54,860 nucleotides of DNA. Source: Maribacter sp. (lineage in GTDB: Bacteria; Bacteroidota; Bacteroidia; Flavobacteriales; Flavobacteriaceae). The stretch lies in assembly GCA_047632415.1 (NCBI GenBank), contig JBLICT010000001.1, forward strand, positions 1 to 54,860. The letters run 5' to 3'. The notes under the pieces were generated by a model. That model made no database searches. It was not told where the DNA came from and was given only the letters and a program-made list of their open reading frames with translations. The position numbers were made by a program, and so were the translations under genes. Shown here piece by piece: positions 48,757 to 54,860 of the stretch. Each line of letters opens with the position of its first letter. Position 1 is the stretch's first letter.

Positions 48757-49764
48757 TTAAGTGTTTATAGCTTTTATAGCTTCACGTATTTTACCATCCA
48801 GCTCTTCAAAAAGCTCTGGGTTGTCAAGTAATAGCGATTTGACTGCATCCCTACCTTGGCCAAGTTTAGTGTCGCCATAGCTAAACCAAGAACCAGCCTT
48901 TTTAATGATTTCATATTCGACCCCAAGGTCAACAATTTCACCTACTTTAGATATTCCTACACCATACATGATATCAAATTCTGTGGTACGAAAAGGTGGA
49001 GCTACTTTGTTTTTCACAACCTTAACTCGCGTTTTATTACCTTGTACGTTACCATCCGTATCTTTTATCTGAGTAGATCTTCTTATATCTAACCTTACAG
49101 AAGCATAAAATTTAAGCGCATTACCACCGGTGGTCGTTTCCGGGTTACCGAACATAACACCAATTTTTTCCCGTAACTGGTTAATGAAAATAACAGTACA
49201 ACCAGTCTTACTTATGGAACCCGTAAGTTTTCTTAAGGCTTGTGACATTAATCGTGCGTGTAATCCCATTTTAGAATCACCCATTTCACCTTCAATTTCA
49301 CTTTTTGGTGTTAATGCAGCAACCGAATCAATTACGACAATATCAATAGCCCCTGAACGGATTAGGTTGTCTGCAATTTCTAGTCCCTGCTCTCCGTTAT
49401 CAGGTTGAGATATGATAAGGTTATCAATATCAACCCCTAATTTTTCGGCATAAAAACGGTCAAAAGCATGTTCCGCATCAATAAATGCTGCAATACCGCC
49501 GTTTTTCTGAGCTTCTGCAATTGCGTGTAAAGTTAAAGTGGTCTTACCCGATGATTCTGGACCGTAAATTTCCACTACTCTTCCACGAGGGTAACCACCT
49601 ACACCCAAAGCAATGTCAAGCCCCAAAGAACCAGAAGGAATCACCTCTACATCTGCAACAACACGATCTCCCATTTTCATGACAGCACCCTTTCCATAGG
49701 TTTTGTCCATTTTATCAAGGGTTAGTTTTAGGGCTTTTAATTTTGCTTCTTTCTCGGAACTCAT
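48757..49764 (-). CDS. recA: Recombinase RecA
   Basis: Motifs [27 protein letters not shown] and [14 protein letters not shown]. Confidence 0.99.
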   Translation of the reverse strand: MSSEKEAKLKALKLTLDKMDKTYGKGAVMKMGDRVVADVEVIPSGSLGLDIALGVGGYPRGRVVEIYGPESSGKTTLTLHAIAEAQKNGGIAAFIDAEHAFDRFYAEKLGVDIDNLIISQPDNGEQGLEIADNLIRSGAIDIVVIDSVAALTPKSEIEGEMGDSKMGLHARLMSQALRKLTGSISKTGCTVIFINQLREKIGVMFGNPETTTGGNALKFYASVRLDIRRSTQIKDTDGNVQGNKTRVKVVKNKVAPPFRTTEFDIMYGVGISKVGEIVDLGVEYEIIKKAGSWFSYGDTKLGQGRDAVKSLLLDNPELFEELDGKIREAIKAINT

Positions 49765-50112
49765 AGTATGTGTTTTTTAATATTTTGTAACCCAATTGAT
49801 ATAAAAGGGCTAGAGCTTTATTGAATTCTCCATCTAGGCGTATAAATTTTGATGTTTATTCCAATTGATAAGCCTTAATTGCGTAAAATTTTTATGGAAT
49901 GCTAAATTAGCATTTCTTTTTTTTAAATGATTGTTGTGAGGTCAAATTTGTTACAATTATAAAGATGCCCCGTAATCATAGTGGCTTAGAAATGGAAATC
50001 CTTAAGTACCCCATTTGGTATACCGCTATGCATAGCTTTAATAACTAAATTGTACGTGTTTCATTATTGTTTAGCAACCTGTTGTTGTAAAAATGAAATA
50101 AATAGACAATCC

Positions 50113-50144
50113 TACGCAACCATTCTATAAAATGAGTATCTTAA
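50113..50144 (+). promoter_or_regulatory. Second copy of the putative ECF promoter
   Basis: TACGCAACC-N15-TATCTTAA. Confidence 0.6.
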
Positions 50145-50149
50145 AGGTA

Positions 50150-50292
50150 TAATAGTGATTAATATGGTTGATTCTGTTGTTTTAGCAACAGATAATTGGC
50201 GGCTATCTCCTTTTAAGTACGTGGAAATATTGCTATGAAGAGGAAAAAATGGAATAGTCAATAAAGAGTCTTAGGAAACTGAGACTCTTTTT
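50150..50292 (+). ncRNA. Candidate ECF-dependent small RNA (or 24-aa sORF transcript)
   Basis: Bounded by the ECF-like promoter and an intrinsic terminator. Internal hairpin TCTGTTG/CAACAGA. The 5' end is estimated. Confidence 0.4.
50263..50292 (+). terminator. Intrinsic terminator with no annotated gene upstream on this strand
   Basis: AAAGAGTCTTAG-GAAA-CTGAGACTCTTTTT. Confidence 0.8.
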
Positions 50293-50344
50293 AGTTCATA
50301 GCTTATGGTGAGTCAAAGAATCGGTATTTAATTTCAATTAGTAG

Positions 50345-50352
50345 TATCTTTG
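50345..50352 (+). promoter_or_regulatory. -7 element for trhO
   Basis: TATCTTTG lies downstream of the terminator, 37 bp before the ATG. Confidence 0.6.
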
Positions 50353-50389
50353 TAGTTATCATAATTCTTTAACTTAAAATTGGTATAGC

Positions 50390-51421
50390 ATGCAACTGTA
50401 CAATACATTAAGTGCGAAGGAAAGAGCTGCTTTGATAGAAGAAGCAGGCAAAGAGCGTTTAACAATTTCTTTCTACCAGTACGCACACTTAGTAAATACT
50501 TCCATTTTTAGAAATCATTTATTTATCCATTGGGATGCGCTAGAAGTGTTGGGCCGCATATACGTCGCAGATGAAGGCATAAATGCGCAATTATCTGTTC
50601 CTGCCGAGAATTTTGATGACTTTAAAGCACATTTGGATGGTATTTCTTTTTTGAAAGGAGTGCGACTTAACATTGCGATTGAACAGGACAATATGTCTTT
50701 TTTAAAATTGAAGGTAAAAGTGCGGCATAAAATTGTTGCCGATGGCCTTAACGATACTTCCTTTGATGTGACAAATAAAGGGATTCACGTAAATGCAATG
50801 GAGTTCAATGCACTCATAGAAGATCCTGATACGGTTTTAGTGGATATGCGTAACCATTACGAAAGTGAAATAGGACACTTTAAAAATGCGATTACGCCAG
50901 ATGTAGATACGTTTCGGGATTCTTTGGACATTATAGAAAAGGATTTAGCGAACCATAAAGAGGACAAAAAATTAGTTATGTACTGTACTGGAGGAATACG
51001 ATGCGAAAAAGCCAGTGCGTATTACAAACATAAAGGGTTTAAACAGGTATATCAATTAGAAGGTGGAATTATAGAATATGCCAAACAGGTAGAAAACCAG
51101 AAGTTAGTGAATAAGTTCAAAGGCAAGAATTTTGTCTTTGACCACCGTCGAGGAGAACGAATTTCGGAAGATGTTATAGCCAGTTGCCACCAGTGCGGGC
51201 AAGCGTGTGATGAGCATGTGAATTGTGCCAACGAAGCCTGCCATCTACTATTTATACAGTGTGAGGCCTGTGCGGATAAAATGAACGATTGTTGCTCAGA
51301 TAATTGTAAGAAAGTGCATGAACTGCCTTTTGAAGAGCAGAAGGCACTGCGAAGAGGGAAAACGGTAAGCAATAAGATATTCAAGAAAGGCCGTTCCGAG
51401 GTTTTGAAGTTTAAGAAGTAA
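50390..51421 (+). CDS. trhO: tRNA uridine(34) hydroxylase, rhodanese-related (UPF0176/YceA)
   Basis: Motifs LGRIYVADEGINAQ, DMRNHYESEIGHF, MYCTGGIRCEKAS, QLEGGI and NFVFD. Cys-rich C-terminus. Confidence 0.93.
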   Translation: MQLYNTLSAKERAALIEEAGKERLTISFYQYAHLVNTSIFRNHLFIHWDALEVLGRIYVADEGINAQLSVPAENFDDFKAHLDGISFLKGVRLNIAIEQDNMSFLKLKVKVRHKIVADGLNDTSFDVTNKGIHVNAMEFNALIEDPDTVLVDMRNHYESEIGHFKNAITPDVDTFRDSLDIIEKDLANHKEDKKLVMYCTGGIRCEKASAYYKHKGFKQVYQLEGGIIEYAKQVENQKLVNKFKGKNFVFDHRRGERISEDVIASCHQCGQACDEHVNCANEACHLLFIQCEACADKMNDCCSDNCKKVHELPFEEQKALRRGKTVSNKIFKKGRSEVLKFKK

Positions 51422-51594
51422 TTTTGTGCTATATACTATTCCCAATACATGCTTTTTTTGTTGTCTTCCCGAGGGGGAACTAAAAAGAGAATTGGCTACT
51501 TGCTGCTAGTAAGGTTAATCTTTTTACGTTCAGGTTTCAAAAGATAGCCTATGCCACGTGCGGCCTCCTTAAAAACGCTTAAGGGAATAGCAGG

Positions 51595-51631
51595 AAAACC
51601 AGTGTAAGTTTTACGCTGGTTTTTATTTTTT
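51595..51631 (+). terminator. Intrinsic terminator downstream of trhO
   Basis: AAAACCAGTGTAA-GTT-TTACGCTGGTTTT followed by a T-rich tail. Confidence 0.7.
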
Positions 51632-51769
51632 CACTAGATAAAACTATGGCCTACCCGATATCTTCCTTTTACTTCACATCAAAAAAATAGTATCTTTACA
51701 AATAAGATAAAATTTTTTACGAACCTTAATCCAAAAAATGACTTGTTTTTTGGAGTCAATATATATATT

Positions 51770-53053
51770 ATGGGGTGTAGCAGTTGTTCTACCGGTAAGG
51801 ATGGACAACCTAAGGGATGCAAGAATAATGGCACTTGCGGTACGGATGGTTGCAATAAATTAACAGTTTTTGATTGGCTTTCGAATATGGCGCTTCCTAA
51901 CGGGGAAAAGCCATTTGATTTTGTAGAGGTCCGATTTAAGAATAGTAGAAAGGAATTTTTCCAAAACACAGAAAATCTTTCACTTTCCATTGGCGATATT
52001 GTTGCCACACAGGCAACTTCAGGTCATGACATTGGTATGGTTACCTTAACCGGAGAACTGGTAAGGGTGCAAATGAAGCGAAAAAAGGAAGATTTTAAAA
52101 AGGAAGATTTTCCAAAAGTCTACAGAAAAGCCTCTCAAAAAGATATTGATATTTGGCAAAAATGTAGGGACCGAGAAGGTGAAATTAAAAAGCGCTCCCG
52201 CGAAATTGCTATTATTCTGCAGCTGCAAATGAAGATTTCAGATGTGGAGTTTCAAGGTGATGGTTCCAAGGCTACATTCTATTACACGGCAGAAGACCGC
52301 GTAGACTTTAGACAACTAATCAAGGATATGGCCAAGGCCTTTGGCATTCGAATAGAAATGCGTCAAATCGGTTATAGGCAAGAGGCACAGCGTTTAGGCG
52401 GTATCGGTTCCTGTGGCAGGGAACTTTGTTGTTCTACCTGGCTTACGGATTTTAGATCGGTAAGCACCTCTGCGGCTCGGTACCAACAACTGTCGCTTAA
52501 CCCTCAAAAATTAGCTGGGCAATGCGGAAAACTTAAGTGTTGCTTAAACTATGAATTAGATGTCTATTTAGATGCCTTAAAGGATTTTCCATCGCAAGAA
52601 ACCAGGATTTCTACGGAAAAAGGTATAGCTTTTTGTCAAAAAACAGATATTTTTAAGGAACAACTATGGTTTTCTTATAAAGACGAGCCTGCTAACTGGC
52701 ACGTACTCTCTAAAGATCAGGTCAATGAGATTTTAGAAAAAAATAAGAACAAGGAAAAAGTGCCCAGTCTTGAAGCTTATGCGGTAGATAATATTATCGA
52801 GGAAAAAGTAGTGTTCGAAAATGTTGTTGGCCAAGATAGTCTTACCCGTTTTGACAAGCCTAAGGGTAGTAAAAACAGCCGTAACAGAAATAGAAACAAA
52901 GGCAAGCGCACTGCCAGCTCTAAGAATAGCAACGCTAATCCTAACAACAGTAACAACAAGAGTAATGGCGATAATGCCAATAGCGGCAATAGCAACAACA
53001 ATAATAGCAGAAGAAAGAACAACAATAGAAAAGGAAAGCCTAATAATGCGTAA
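51770..53053 (+). CDS. PSP1-domain / RicT (YaaT)-family Fe-S protein with N/K/R-rich tail
   Basis: Motifs VEVRFKN, RVDFRQL, GGIGSCGRELCCS and KLAGQCGKLKCCLNYE. Start taken at MGCSSC. Confidence 0.9.
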   Translation: MGCSSCSTGKDGQPKGCKNNGTCGTDGCNKLTVFDWLSNMALPNGEKPFDFVEVRFKNSRKEFFQNTENLSLSIGDIVATQATSGHDIGMVTLTGELVRVQMKRKKEDFKKEDFPKVYRKASQKDIDIWQKCRDREGEIKKRSREIAIILQLQMKISDVEFQGDGSKATFYYTAEDRVDFRQLIKDMAKAFGIRIEMRQIGYRQEAQRLGGIGSCGRELCCSTWLTDFRSVSTSAARYQQLSLNPQKLAGQCGKLKCCLNYELDVYLDALKDFPSQETRISTEKGIAFCQKTDIFKEQLWFSYKDEPANWHVLSKDQVNEILEKNKNKEKVPSLEAYAVDNIIEEKVVFENVVGQDSLTRFDKPKGSKNSRNRNRNKGKRTASSKNSNANPNNSNNKSNGDNANSGNSNNNNSRRKNNNRKGKPNNA

Positions 53054-53531
53054 TCTCAGTTGTCTTGTCATGTTTGGTATTATGGTACTTTCCTGTAAAA
53101 CCGATGTAGTCCGTTCCGAATACAAAAGCGTTGGTGGCGCAGTTTGGAATAAGGACGATGTTAAGGAATTTACTTTTTCAGAGATGGATTCGCTCCAAGA
53201 ATACCAAATGTTTATTAACGTAAGGAACGACCAAAATTTCCGGTACAGCAATCTTTTTTTAATAGCCTCGCTTAATACTCCTGAAGGGGAAGTAGTACAA
53301 GACACCCTAGAATATGCAATGGCCTTGCCAGATGGCACTTGGTTGGGAAAGGGCAGTGGTAGTATTAAAGAGAATAAATTGTGGTACAAGGAAAACATCG
53401 TTTTTCCTACTTCTGGCGTATATAACTTACAGGTCTCACATGCAATGCGTAAAAATGGCAACGTTTCCGGTGTTATTGGATTGGAAGGCATTACGGATGT
53501 GGGCATAGAAATAACAAAAATCAACCCCTAG
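53046..53531 (+). CDS. gldH: Gliding motility lipoprotein GldH
   Basis: Lipobox VLSC, RNDQNFRYSNLFLI, DTLEY, GTWLGKG, HAMR and GITDVG. Conserved PSP1-gldH-PBP1A order. Confidence 0.9.
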   Translation: MRNLSCLVMFGIMVLSCKTDVVRSEYKSVGGAVWNKDDVKEFTFSEMDSLQEYQMFINVRNDQNFRYSNLFLIASLNTPEGEVVQDTLEYAMALPDGTWLGKGSGSIKENKLWYKENIVFPTSGVYNLQVSHAMRKNGNVSGVIGLEGITDVGIEITKINP

Positions 53532-53535
53532 TTTA

Positions 53536-54860
53536 ATGGCAAAAACGGTTAAAAAGAAGAAACCTCAAGGGTTTTTTAAATACATCAAATGGTTTTGGAT
53601 TCTTTTTGTTTCCGGTATTGCGCTCTTTGCATTACTATTTTTATCCGCTTCCTGGGGCTTTTTCGGTGATTTGCCACCCTATGAGTATCTAGAGAATCCA
53701 CAGACGAATTTGGCATCGCAAATAGTTTCCTCTGATGGAAAGCTTTTGGGAAAATTCTATTTAGATGATAACAGAACCGATGTAACCTACGACGATTTAC
53801 CAGAAAACTTAGTTAATACGCTTATTGCAAGTGAGGATATTCGTTTTAGAGACCATTCAGGAATAGATGCTCGGGGAACACTTAGAGCAGCATTCTTTTT
53901 AGGAAAGCGAGGAGGGGCAAGTACGATTACCCAGCAGTTGGCACGCCAACTCTTTGTGGGTGTTAGGTCTAGAAGTAAATTTGAGACCATTCAGCAGAAA
54001 TTAAAGGAATGGGTTTTAGCCATACGCTTGGAACGCAGCTACACCAAGGAAGAAATTATAAGTATGTATTTGAATATTTATGATTTTGGTAATAACGCTG
54101 ACGGTATCCGTTCTGCATCCCGAATTTATTTTGGTAAAGAACCAAAAGACCTAAAAGTGGAAGAATCTGCTATGTTGGTGGGTATGCTTCAAAATTCATC
54201 GCTTTTTAACCCGTTACGACGAGAAGAGATTACGCTGAATAAACGAAATATAGTATTGGGACAGTTGGCGCGGTACGAATATATTACCGAGATAGAAAAA
54301 GATTCGTTACAAGCCCTAAGAATGGATATCAACTTTAATCCGGAAAGCCACCGGGAAGGCTTAGCTACGTATTTTAGAATGTATCTTCAACGTTTTATGA
54401 GAGGTTGGATAGATAAGAATCCTAAACCGGCTATGGAAGGGGAACGTGATCGTTATAATTTGTACTTAGACGGATTAAAAATATACACTACGATTGATTC
54501 TAGAATGCAGCAGAATGCCGAAGATGCAGTTTCCCAGCACATGGAACGACTGCAAGCCGAATTTTTTCGTCAGAATACGCCGGATAAAAATCCCACAACA
54601 CCATTTTTAGATCTAACCACAGAGGAAACGGACCGAATCATGGAAAGAGCCATAAAAACTTCGGAACGATGGCGAAAAATGAAAGATTTAGGGAAATCTG
54701 AAAAGGAAATCCGAGAGTCGTTTACCAAAAAGACAGAAATGACCGTTTTTGACTGGAAAAGTGATACCCGGGAAAAAGACACGATACTTACACCAATGGA
54801 TTCCATTCGGTATTATAAAACCTTCTTAAGGGCGTCAATGATGTCTATGGAACCACAATC
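53536..54860 (+). CDS. Penicillin-binding protein 1A (transglycosylase/transpeptidase), 3'-truncated by window edge
   Basis: ATG at 53536 (MAKTVKKKK) plus a TM. GT51 motifs SEDIRFRDHSGID, GASTITQQLARQL, KLKEW and YTKEEIISMYLN. Absent from the ORF track because there is no stop in the window. Confidence 0.93.
   Translation, partial: MAKTVKKKKPQGFFKYIKWFWILFVSGIALFALLFLSASWGFFGDLPPYEYLENPQTNLASQIVSSDGKLLGKFYLDDNRTDVTYDDLPENLVNTLIASEDIRFRDHSGIDARGTLRAAFFLGKRGGASTITQQLARQLFVGVRSRSKFETIQQKLKEWVLAIRLERSYTKEEIISMYLNIYDFGNNADGIRSASRIYFGKEPKDLKVEESAMLVGMLQNSSLFNPLRREEITLNKRNIVLGQLARYEYITEIEKDSLQALRMDINFNPESHREGLATYFRMYLQRFMRGWIDKNPKPAMEGERDRYNLYLDGLKIYTTIDSRMQQNAEDAVSQHMERLQAEFFRQNTPDKNPTTPFLDLTTEETDRIMERAIKTSERWRKMKDLGKSEKEIRESFTKKTEMTVFDWKSDTREKDTILTPMDSIRYYKTFLRASMMSMEPQ

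Noticed and set aside
52860-53050. Asn/Lys/Arg-rich low-complexity stretch as a repeat element
   Set aside because: It is a disordered C-terminal tail typical of Bacteroidetes PSP1/RicT proteins.
52733-53524. Long antisense ORF (263 aa) and 75-aa upstream extension of gldH
   Set aside because: These are by-products of the low-complexity AAC/AAT-rich ricT tail. gldH has a proper lipoprotein start at 53046.

Overview
AT-rich Bacteroidota chromosome segment. Gene order, TAnnTTTG promoters and sprE/gldH point to a marine-type Flavobacteriaceae genome. Most of it is core genome: the end of a WcaJ-type sugar transferase, purD, envelope genes, sprE-bactofilin-atpZI-atpBEFHAG, dut, an EnvC-like gene, dprA, trpS, recA, trhO, ricT, gldH and the start of PBP1A. 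No rRNA, tRNA, CRISPR array, transposase or integrase was recognised. Five things stand out. (1) A 9.3-kb operon couples SusC/SusD and a sodium:solute symporter to an ArsS-type (arsenosugar) radical SAM enzyme, a metallophosphoesterase-AhpD fusion and a CofC-like DUF2064 protein. (2) Six intergenic copies of an 18-bp GACC-N4-GGTC (NemR-box-like) palindrome are probably operators of the Cys-containing TetR encoded here. (3) A palindromic element appears inserted in frame into the SusD signal peptide. (4) A lipoprotein / ECF sigma / dual-membrane anti-sigma locus has its promoter motif repeated on the other side of recA, ahead of an unannotated terminated ~140-nt transcript (candidate sRNA). (5) There are three pseudogenes. 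All family assignments come from motif recognition by eye, not database searches.
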